Positions 55,005 through 64,000 of a stretch of 64,000 nucleotides of DNA are shown here, piece by piece. The translations under genes and the position numbers were made by a program. The stretch lies in assembly GCF_988242995.1 (NCBI RefSeq), contig NZ_OZ547043.1. The stretch is one strand, 5' to 3'. Positions within the stretch are counted from its first letter, which is position 1, and every line of letters starts with the position of its first letter. Below the pieces are notes generated by a model. The model searched no databases and was not told the origin of the DNA. It saw only the letters and a list, made by a program, of their open reading frames with translations.

Positions 55005-55958
55005 ATGCGTTTCAGTACCCAGATGATGTACCAGCAAAACATGCGCGGCATCACCAACTCTCAGGCAGAATGGATGAAGTACGGCGAACAGATGTCGACG
55101 GGTAAGCGAGTCGTTAACCCTTCAGATGATCCCATTGCTGCATCACAAGCTGTTGTTCTCTCCCAGGCACAGGCGCAAAACAGCCAGTACACGCTGGCGC
55201 GTACTTTCGCCACTCAAAAAGTGTCACTGGAAGAGAGTGTACTTAGCCAGGTCACCACTGCTATCCAGAATGCTCAGGAAAAAATTGTCTACGCCAGCAA
55301 TGGCACCTTGAGTGACGATGACCGGGCCTCGCTGGCTACGGATATTCAGGGGCTTCGTGACCAGTTGCTGAATCTGGCGAACACCACTGACGGTAACGGG
55401 CGCTACATTTTTGCCGGTTATAAAACAGAGACTGCGCCGTTTAGCGAAGAGAAAGGGAAATACGTCGGTGGAGCAGAAAGTATTAAACAACAGGTCGATG
55501 CTTCGCGTTCGATGGTGATAGGGCACACGGGTGACAAAATTTTCGACAGTATTACCAGCAACGCGGTAGCGGAACCAGACGGTAGCGCTTCTGAAACAAA
55601 TCTTTTTGCCATGCTGGATAGCGCCATCGCAGCCCTGAAAACGCCGGTCGCGGATAGCGAAGCGGATAAAGAAACCGCCGCTGCGGCACTGGATAAAACC
55701 AACCGCGGACTGAAAAACTCGCTGAACAATGTGCTGACTGTTCGCGCGGAATTAGGCACGCAGCTGAACGAACTGGAGTCGCTGGATTCATTAGGTAGCG
55801 ATCGCGCTTTAGGGCAAACGCAGCAGATGAGCGATCTGGTTGATGTGGACTGGAATGCAACTATTTCATCTTACATCATGCAGCAAACGGCATTGCAGGC
55901 ATCGTATAAAGCATTTACCGATATGCAGGGATTGTCGCTCTTCCAGCTCAACAAATAA
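55005..55958 (+). CDS. flgL: FlgL hook-associated protein 3
   Basis: 317 aa. Confidence 0.95.
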   Translation: MRFSTQMMYQQNMRGITNSQAEWMKYGEQMSTGKRVVNPSDDPIAASQAVVLSQAQAQNSQYTLARTFATQKVSLEESVLSQVTTAIQNAQEKIVYASNGTLSDDDRASLATDIQGLRDQLLNLANTTDGNGRYIFAGYKTETAPFSEEKGKYVGGAESIKQQVDASRSMVIGHTGDKIFDSITSNAVAEPDGSASETNLFAMLDSAIAALKTPVADSEADKETAAAALDKTNRGLKNSLNNVLTVRAELGTQLNELESLDSLGSDRALGQTQQMSDLVDVDWNATISSYIMQQTALQASYKAFTDMQGLSLFQLNK

Positions 55959-55999
55959 TTTCGCTTTAAAACATATCATGAAACTGGGTATGTTTTGTC

Positions 56000-56035
56000 T
56001 GCCCGCTCTGGGATCGCCGGGGCGGGCATTTTTTT
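56000..56035 (+). terminator. Rho-independent terminator after flgL
   Basis: TGCCCGC ... GCGGGCA stem followed by T7. Confidence 0.6.
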
Positions 56036-56103
56036 GCCTATTTTGTATTGTTGGTTAGCAAGGATGCCATTCGATGAATTTTAATATGTTGATTCAAAGA
56101 TGA

Positions 56104-56133
56104 AATAAAAAAGCCCTGGCAGTTACCAGGGCT
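56104..56133 (-). terminator. Rho-independent terminator after rne
   Basis: AGCCCTGG CAGTTA CCAGGGCT hairpin with T-run on minus strand. Confidence 0.6.
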
Positions 56134-56152
56134 TGATTGCTTGAGCTAATTA

Positions 56153-59100
56153 TTACTCAACAGGTTGCGGACGCGCAGGAGCGGCAGAGGCATGATGCGT
56201 TGCCGTATGACCACCTGCGGCACCTTTGCCTTCGAAAGCAAAAGTAGGGCGCTGCCAGTCACTGTGACGCGGTGCCTCCGGAACATATTCCGGTGCCGGA
56301 GCGCGTGTCATTGGCGCGGTAGCGTGGTTATGCTCAACGGTGACCTCAGGTTTAACCGCGGCTACCGTTTCAACTTCTGCTGCGACTTCAGCGACGACTG
56401 GCGCGGCAGGTTGAGCAACAACTTCAGGTTCAGCAACCACAACCTCAGCAGTTTCGGCAACTTCTTCAATATCAGCCGTCTCTTCCTGCGGTTCAACCAC
56501 CGGTTCTGCGTGTTCTGCAACTTCCTGGGCTACGGCAACATCAGACTCGGTAATCACCTGCGGCTGTTCAGTTACCGCGGCGGCAATCACTTCAGGATGC
56601 GTAGTTTCAACCACTTCAGGTTGCGGTTCGGCAACCTGAACGGGGGCTTCTACAACTTCAGCCACTTCTTCAACAACCGGTGCGCTAACAACAGGTTCGA
56701 CAGCGGCGGCGACAGGGACCTCAGTCACCATCGGCTGCACTTGTACTTCTTCCTGTTCGCGCTGCTCTTCGACCTGTACATCTTGCGGACGTACAATTGG
56801 ATAGCGGATCCATACTTTGCCAGAGGCCAGTTCCGGAGATGCGCACGCTACGGTCAACGGCATTGGCGATTGGGTTGGATAACGCTCGTCACGATAGCGA
56901 CGACGACGCTGACCACTCACGCGCAGGTGACGAGGCGAGCGGCGAGAACGACGCGGCATGCCACCGTTGTCACGGTTATCGGCATTGTTCTCTTCTTGCT
57001 GTTCTGGTGCAGCTTGCGCTACGACTGGCAGCGGGACTTTCACCAGTTCTGTGCGTGGAGCTGGCGCTTCCTGAACAATTGGTTCGGCAGCGACAGTTTC
57101 TTCAACCACCGGTGCGACTACCGCCTCTTCGGCTACGCTTTGCTCGTAACGCACTTTCTGATTGAGCTGACGCTGTTTACGACGCGGCTGAACCGGACGT
57201 ACACGTTCTTCCTGTTCGGTTTCCTGAACAGATTGCTCTTCAACATTCAGCGCCTTCGCTTCTTGTTGCGCCTGACGTTTATCATCGTTACGGCGGCGGC
57301 TACGTTCACGACGCGGCGCTTGCTGCTCGTCGGTGGTACGTGCTTTTTCCGTTACCTCAGCCTGCTGACGGCTCTCACGCGTCTCGGCAGTCTGCTGCTG
57401 TGCCTGGCGACGATTACGACGGTTTTCTTCGCGATTATCGCTGCCTTCAGTACGTTCACTACGGGTGTCGCGGCGCTCATTACGGTCACGGCGGTTGTTC
57501 TGACGAGGCTTGCGACGATCCTGTTGACGTTCCGGTTTCGCTTCTGCTTTCGGTGCTGGTTGCTCGGTCGGTTTGGTTTCTTCACCACCGCTGAACAGCG
57601 CTTTCAGTGCGCCGAAGAAACGGCTTAACAGCCCAGGTTGTGCAGGAGCTGCTGGTGTTGCCGGTGCAGCTTTAGGTGCTGGGGCTACGACAGGCGCGGC
57701 AGGTTCAGCTGGGGTTGGTGCTGGCGGCACATCCGGCATGGCAAAGGTAGCCAGCGCAGGTTGTTCCGGACGCTTACGTTCAGCGAACTCTTCTTCAGAC
57801 GGCAGCGCCATCGCTTCTTCATGCAGCTTCGGCAGCATGTAGCTTAAGGTTGGGGTTTCTTCCCCTTTGCGAACGCGCAGCACATGGTAGTGCGGGGTTT
57901 CCATCTGATCGTTTGGCACAATCACACAGCGCACGCCGTCCTGACGAGTTTCAATCGCATTCACTGCAGAACGTTTTTCATTCAGCAGATAAGAAGCGAT
58001 TGGCACAGGAACAATGGCGTGAACTTCCTGGGTGTTCTCTTTCAGCGCTTCTTCTTCGATCAGACGCAGAATAGAGAGCGACAGCGATTCGTTGTCACGC
58101 ACGGTACCGGTACCGGAGCAGCGCGGGCAGACGTGATGGCTGGATTCACCCAGTGATGGGCTCAGGCGCTGACGGGACATTTCCAGCAGGCCAAAGCGAG
58201 AAATATGGCTGATTTGAATACGCGCACGGTCCTGACGCACCGCTTCACGCAGACGGTTTTCTACCGCACGCTGGTGGCGTACTGGCGTCATGTCGATGAA
58301 GTCGATAACAATCAGGCCGCCGAGGTCACGCAGGCGCAGCTGACGAGCAATCTCATCGGCAGCTTCGAGGTTGGTGTTAAACGCGGTTTCTTCAATATCG
58401 CCGCCGCGGGTCGCGCGTGCGGAGTTGATGTCGATGGCGGTTAACGCTTCGGTGCTGTCGATAACAATGGAACCACCGGATGGCAGACGAACTTCACGCT
58501 GGAAGGCGGACTCAATCTGTGACTCGATCTGGTAGTGGCTGAACAGCGGGATCTCGCCGGTGTACAGTTTGATTTTGCTGCTGAAATCCGGGCGACCTAA
58601 TGCAGCGATATGCTGACGTGCCAGTTCGAGCACTTTCGGGTTATCGATAAGGATTTCGCCGATATCCTGACGTAAGTAATCGCGGAATGCGCGAACGATG
58701 ACGTTGCTCTCCTGATGAATCAGGAATGGAGCAGGGCGGCTTTCAGCGGCTTTTTTGATGGCTTCCCAGTGTTTCAGACGGAAGCTTAAATCCCATTGCA
58801 GCGCCTCAGCAGATTTGCCGACGCCAGCGGTGCGCACGATAAGCCCCATGCCTTCCGGCAGTTCAAGGCTCGCCAGTGCTTCTTTTAATTCGGTACGGTC
58901 GTCGCCTTCGATACGGCGAGAAATGCCACCCGCGCGCGGGTTGTTCGGCATCAGAACCAGATAGCTACCCGCCAGACTGATAAAGGTGGTTAATGCCGCG
59001 CCTTTGTTGCCGCGCTCTTCTTTATCGATCTGAACAATGACTTCCTGACCTTCACGCAACACATCTTTAATGTTGGGACGACCATGAGCACTGTAGTTAG

Positions 59101-59338
59101 CAGGGAAATATTCGCGGGCAATTTCTTTTAGTGGGAGGAAACCGTGACGTTCAGCGCCGTAATCAACAAAAGCAGCTTCCAGACTCGGTTCAATGCGGGT
59201 GATTTTACCTTTGTAGATGTTTGCCTTTTTCTGCTCGTGCCCTGGACTTTCAATATCCAGGTCATACAGACGCTGCCCATCTACAAGGGCAACGCGCAAC
59301 TCTTCCTGCTGAGTTGCGTTGATTAACATTCTTTTCAT
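56153..59338 (-). CDS. rne: RNase E
   Basis: 1061 aa; N-terminal S1/catalytic domain; Arg-rich and acidic/Pro-rich low-complexity C-terminal scaffold. Confidence 0.97.
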   Translation of the reverse strand: MKRMLINATQQEELRVALVDGQRLYDLDIESPGHEQKKANIYKGKITRIEPSLEAAFVDYGAERHGFLPLKEIAREYFPANYSAHGRPNIKDVLREGQEVIVQIDKEERGNKGAALTTFISLAGSYLVLMPNNPRAGGISRRIEGDDRTELKEALASLELPEGMGLIVRTAGVGKSAEALQWDLSFRLKHWEAIKKAAESRPAPFLIHQESNVIVRAFRDYLRQDIGEILIDNPKVLELARQHIAALGRPDFSSKIKLYTGEIPLFSHYQIESQIESAFQREVRLPSGGSIVIDSTEALTAIDINSARATRGGDIEETAFNTNLEAADEIARQLRLRDLGGLIVIDFIDMTPVRHQRAVENRLREAVRQDRARIQISHISRFGLLEMSRQRLSPSLGESSHHVCPRCSGTGTVRDNESLSLSILRLIEEEALKENTQEVHAIVPVPIASYLLNEKRSAVNAIETRQDGVRCVIVPNDQMETPHYHVLRVRKGEETPTLSYMLPKLHEEAMALPSEEEFAERKRPEQPALATFAMPDVPPAPTPAEPAAPVVAPAPKAAPATPAAPAQPGLLSRFFGALKALFSGGEETKPTEQPAPKAEAKPERQQDRRKPRQNNRRDRNERRDTRSERTEGSDNREENRRNRRQAQQQTAETRESRQQAEVTEKARTTDEQQAPRRERSRRRNDDKRQAQQEAKALNVEEQSVQETEQEERVRPVQPRRKQRQLNQKVRYEQSVAEEAVVAPVVEETVAAEPIVQEAPAPRTELVKVPLPVVAQAAPEQQEENNADNRDNGGMPRRSRRSPRHLRVSGQRRRRYRDERYPTQSPMPLTVACASPELASGKVWIRYPIVRPQDVQVEEQREQEEVQVQPMVTEVPVAAAVEPVVSAPVVEEVAEVVEAPVQVAEPQPEVVETTHPEVIAAAVTEQPQVITESDVAVAQEVAEHAEPVVEPQEETADIEEVAETAEVVVAEPEVVAQPAAPVVAEVAAEVETVAAVKPEVTVEHNHATAPMTRAPAPEYVPEAPRHSDWQRPTFAFEGKGAAGGHTATHHASAAPARPQPVE

Positions 59339-59699
59339 CGTAACTTACTCATTATTCTTACATTGACGACTAAGCTGCGGGCAAAGTAACGCCTTTCCGG
59401 GTGTGAACCGATGGCCTCGTGTCTAGTCGCGTCGCCAACCTCACGGTTATCGTCAGCTCAAAGAGGCGCAGAGTGTCGGTTGCCCGTTTTTCATGCGGAA
59501 AAACAGCGCAATTATCAAAGAAACAGACTGGGTATTACTCTCCAGAAATATTTCCATCTACCGGTAAGGACTGCAACCCGCAGCCCGCTAACTGCCTGAA
59601 AGATCAATACGTCTTACGCCATTGCTGCGTGGATGATCGGTCGGGCAAAATGGGTTATTCCGTAAAATTTCTTGTTTTAACAAGGATGGACACGGAAAC
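59339..59699 (-). promoter_or_regulatory. rne 5' leader (autoregulatory UTR) and promoter region
   Basis: Long untranslated region upstream of rne ATG; known to mediate RNase E autoregulation; exact transcription start not determined here. Confidence 0.55.
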
Positions 59700-59793
59700 G
59701 GCCTCATTATTCCACTGCAAGCCTTGTTATAGCAAGATGACTTTTACCATTTATCACCCGCTTACTCACAGTTTTTTCACTTCTTGCTGGTGA
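59473..59793 (+). CDS. yceQ: YceQ-like ORF antisense to the rne leader (doubtful gene)
   Basis: Open frame only; overlaps rne 5' UTR on opposite strand; likely non-coding. Confidence 0.25.
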   Translation: MSVARFSCGKTAQLSKKQTGYYSPEIFPSTGKDCNPQPANCLKDQYVLRHCCVDDRSGKMGYSVKFLVLTRMDTETASLFHCKPCYSKMTFTIYHPLTHSFFTSCW

Positions 59794-59910
59794 TTGGTTT
59801 AATAACCATCAATAAAGTGATCACGTAGTGAAGTAATAAGGTGCAAAACTAAATATAAGCATAGAAAAATGAGTGGCGCGAATCCTGTTGGCTAATTAGA
59901 ATCGCCCACC

Positions 59911-60870
59911 ATGAAAACAGAGACTCCATCCGTAAAAATTGTTGCTATCACCGCTGACGAAGCGGGGCAACGTATCGATAACTTTTTGCGTACCCAATTG
60001 AAAGGCGTACCAAAAAGTATGATTTACCGTATTTTGCGTAAAGGCGAAGTGCGGGTGAACAAAAAACGTATTAAGCCTGAATATAAACTCGAAGCGGGTG
60101 ATGAGGTGCGTATCCCACCGGTTCGCGTTGCTGAACGGGAAGAAGAGGCGGTTTCGCCACATCTGCAAAAGGTGGCGGCGCTGGCGGACGTCATCTTATA
60201 TGAAGATGACCATATCCTGGTGCTGAATAAACCTTCCGGTACGGCGGTACATGGCGGTAGTGGTTTAAGCTTCGGCGTTATCGAAGGTTTGCGGGCGTTG
60301 CGCCCGGAAGCGCGGTTCCTTGAACTGGTTCATCGTCTCGACCGGGACACTTCAGGTGTGTTGCTGGTAGCGAAAAAACGCTCGGCGTTGCGTTCTCTGC
60401 ATGAGCAATTACGTGAAAAAGGGATGCAAAAAGATTACCTGGCGCTGGTGCGCGGTCAGTGGCAGTCGCATGTGAAGAGCGTTCAAGCGCCGTTATTGAA
60501 AAATATTCTGCAAAGCGGCGAACGTATCGTGCGTGTCAGTCAGGAAGGCAAACCGTCGGAAACACGCTTTAAAGTGGAAGAACGCTATGCTTTTGCCACC
60601 CTGGTGCGTTGTAGCCCGGTAACAGGGCGTACTCATCAGATCCGTGTGCATACACAGTATGCGGGTCATCCGATTGCCTTTGACGATCGCTACGGTGACC
60701 GTGAATTTGACAGACAGCTCACTGAAGCCGGCACGGGATTAAATCGTCTGTTCCTGCACGCCGCAGCGTTGAAGTTTACCCATCCGGGGACCGGAGAGGT
60801 GATGCGTATCGAAGCGCCGATGGATGATGGTTTGAAGCGTTGTTTGCAAAAACTGCGTAACGCGCGCTAA
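59911..60870 (+). CDS. rluC: RluC 23S rRNA pseudouridine synthase
   Basis: 319 aa, S4 domain plus RluA-family catalytic motif HRLDRDTSG. Confidence 0.95.
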   Translation: MKTETPSVKIVAITADEAGQRIDNFLRTQLKGVPKSMIYRILRKGEVRVNKKRIKPEYKLEAGDEVRIPPVRVAEREEEAVSPHLQKVAALADVILYEDDHILVLNKPSGTAVHGGSGLSFGVIEGLRALRPEARFLELVHRLDRDTSGVLLVAKKRSALRSLHEQLREKGMQKDYLALVRGQWQSHVKSVQAPLLKNILQSGERIVRVSQEGKPSETRFKVEERYAFATLVRCSPVTGRTHQIRVHTQYAGHPIAFDDRYGDREFDRQLTEAGTGLNRLFLHAAALKFTHPGTGEVMRIEAPMDDGLKRCLQKLRNAR

Positions 60871-60902
60871 TACGAGCATATAAGCATGATAATGGGCGGT
60901 TG

Positions 60903-60975
60903 GCCTGATAAGGCGTTTACGCCGCATCAGGCTGCCAGCACCGATTGCCGGATGCGACGTAAACGCATCCGGCGC
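60903..60975. repeat. Two REP elements between rluC and yceF
   Basis: GCCTGATAAGGCGTTTACGCCGCATCAGGC and TGCCGGATGCGACGTAAACGCATCCGGCGC. Confidence 0.6.
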
Positions 60976-60981
60976 AAACAA

Positions 60982-61566
60982 CTATCCCATCAGCGGGTTT
61001 TTCCCTTCACGACGTAACATCTGACACAGCGCGATTAGCGGTAAACCAACCAGCGTGTTAGGATCACGCCCCTCTAAACGCTCAAACAGCGTAATGCCAA
61101 ATCCTTCACTCTTAAAGCTACCCGCGCAGTGCAGGGGATGCTCCTTACGCACGTAATTATCAATCTCCGCCTCGCTCAGGTGACGGAAATGGACGTCAAA
61201 AGGCTCCACTTCTGTTTGCAGATGCCCATTCGCCGAATTAAACAACGCCAGTCCAGTATAGAAGGTGACGATATTGCCGCTGGCTTTACGTAATTGCAGA
61301 CGGGCATTTTCTTCCGTTAACGGTTTACCGGTGATTTCGCCATCAAGAACACATACCTGGTCTGAACCAATAATTAAATGATCCGGATAACGTGACGCCA
61401 GAGATTGCGCTTTTTCTTGTGCCAGTCGAAGCACCAACTGTCGCGGTGATTCGTCGCTGCGTGGGGTTTCGTCGACCTCGGGTGCTGCACATTCAAAAGA
61501 GATTTGCAGTTTTTCCAGAAGAGCGCGACGCCAGGGCGAGGTGGAGGCTAAAATAAGTTTAGGCAT
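60982..61566 (-). CDS. yceF: YceF Maf-like nucleotide pyrophosphatase
   Basis: 194 aa from ATG at 61564-61566 ([14 protein letters not shown]). Confidence 0.9.
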
Positions 61567-61569
61567 ATT

Positions 61570-61724
61570 TTTTTCCATCAGATATAGCGTATTGATGATA
61601 GCCATTTTAAACTATGCGCTTCGTTTTGCAGGTTGATGTTCGTTATCAGCACTGAACGAAAATAAAGCAGTAACCCGCAATGTGTGCGAATTATTGGCAA
61701 AAGGCAACCACAGGCTGCCTTTTT
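61570..61724 (+). ncRNA. sraB: Probable SraB small RNA locus upstream of yceD
   Basis: Recalled to lie in the yceF-yceD spacer; plus-strand hairpin GGCAACC..GGCTGCC followed by T5 at about 61703-61724 would be its terminator; 5' end not determined. Confidence 0.3.
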
Positions 61725-61752
61725 CTTTGACTCTATGACGTTACAAAGTTAA

Positions 61753-62286
<534 letters not shown>

Positions 62287-62325
62287 TTGGTGCTCCCCGT
62301 TGGATCGGGGATAAACCGTAATTGA

Positions 62326-62511
<186 letters not shown>

Positions 62512-62591
62512 TCACGCGTCTGCGTGATGAAGCTTAGTGAGGATTTTCCCCAGGCAACTGGGGAAAGACCAAACCGGGCGGCGACGATACC

Positions 62592-63662
62592 TTGACACGT
62601 CTAACCCTGGCGTTAGATGTCATGGGAGGGGATTTTGGCCCTTCCGTGACAGTGCCTGCAGCATTGCAGGCACTGAATTCTAATTCGCAACTCACTCTTC
62701 TTTTAGTCGGCAATCCCGACGCCATCACGCCATTACTTGCTAAAGCTGACTTTGAACAACGTTCGCGTCTGCAGATTATTCCTGCGCAGTCAGTTATCGC
62801 CAGTGATGCCCGGCCTTCGCAAGCTATCCGCGCCAGTCGTGGGAGTTCAATGCGCGTGGCCCTGGAGCTGGTGAAAGAAGGTCGAGCGCAAGCCTGTGTC
62901 AGTGCCGGTAATACCGGGGCGCTGATGGGGCTGGCAAAATTATTACTCAAGCCCCTGGAGGGGATTGAGCGTCCGGCGCTGGTGACGGTATTACCGCATC
63001 AGCAAAAGGGCAAAACGGTGGTCCTCGATTTAGGGGCCAACGTCGATTGTGACAGCACAATGTTGGTGCAATTTGCCATTATGGGCTCAGTCCTGGCTGA
63101 AGAGGTGGTGGAAATTCCCAATCCTCGCGTGGCGTTGCTCAATATTGGTGAAGAAGAAGTAAAGGGTCTCGACAGTATTCGGGATGCCTCAGCGGTGCTT
63201 AAAACAATCCCTTCTATCAATTATATCGGCTATCTTGAAGCCAATGAGTTGTTAACTGGCAAGACAGATGTGCTGGTTTGTGACGGCTTTACAGGAAATG
63301 TCACATTAAAGACGATGGAAGGTGTTGTCAGGATGTTCCTTTCTCTGCTGAAATCTCAGGGTGAAGGGAAAAAACGGTCGTGGTGGCTACTGTTATTAAA
63401 GCGTTGGCTACAAAAGAGCCTGACGAGGCGATTCAGTCACCTCAACCCCGACCAGTATAACGGCGCCTGTCTGTTAGGATTGCGCGGCACGGTGATAAAA
63501 AGTCATGGTGCAGCCAATCAGCGAGCTTTTGCGGTCGCGATTGAACAGGCAGTGCAGGCGGTGCAGCGACAAGTTCCTCAGCGAATTGCCGCTCGCCTGG
63601 AATCTGTATACCCAGCTGGTTTTGAGCTGCTGGACGGTGGCAAAAGCGGAACTCTGCGGTAG
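62592..63662 (+). CDS. plsX: PlsX phosphate acyltransferase
   Basis: 356 aa. Confidence 0.95.
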
Positions 63663-63729
63663 CAGGACGCTGCCAGCGAACTCGCAGTTTGCAAGTGACG
63701 GTATATAACCGAAAAGTGACTGAGCGTAC

Positions 63730-64000
63730 ATGTATACGAAGATTATTGGTACTGGCAGCTATCTGCCCGAACAAGTGCGGACAAACGCCGATTTGGAAAA
63801 AATGGTGGACACCTCTGACGAGTGGATTGTCACTCGTACCGGTATCCGCGAACGCCACATTGCCGCGCCAAACGAAACCGTTTCAACCATGGGCTTTGAA
63901 GCGGCGACACGCGCAATTGAGATGGCGGGCATTGAGAAAGACCAGATTGGCCTGATCGTTGTGGCAACGACTTCTGCTACGCACGCTTTCCCGAGCGCAG
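63730..64000 (+). CDS. fabH: FabH beta-ketoacyl-ACP synthase III, 5' part only (window edge)
   Basis: [43 protein letters not shown] from ATG 63730. Confidence 0.95.

Overview
This window reads as a contiguous stretch of an Escherichia coli chromosome running from putA (3' end cut by the window edge) to the start of fabH. Gene identities were assigned by recognising the translated ORFs from memory of E. coli K-12 proteins; no database search was possible. Order: putA / putP, efeUOB, phoH, a short accessory segment, serX tRNA, ghrA-ycdXYZ, the divergent curli operons csgDEFG / csgBAC, ymdAB-clsC, opgC / opgGH, yceK, msyB, mdtG, lpxL, trhO(yceA), yceI-yceJ-yceO, solA, bssS, dinI, pyrC, yceB, grxB, mdtH, rimJ-yceH-yceM-murJ, the flagellar flgNMA / flgBCDEFGHIJ / flgKL cluster, rne, rluC, yceF, yceD-rpmF-plsX-fabH. 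Almost all of this is ordinary core genome. The strain is not K-12-like in three respects: efeU is one intact reading frame, an IS200-type insertion sequence is present, and the phoH-serX interval is only about 2.2 kb. That interval (10341-12892) is the only segment not explained by housekeeping genes and is the best candidate for anything novel: it holds one AT-rich orphan ORF encoding a membrane-anchored protein with a nuclease-like C-terminal domain, an IS200-like element, and duplicated serX 3'-end/terminator modules that look like an integration scar. No CRISPR array, rRNA or prophage was seen. CDS coordinates are anchored to the supplied ORF track (starts trimmed where the recalled protein begins later than the ORF); non-coding coordinates were counted by hand and may be off by a few bp.
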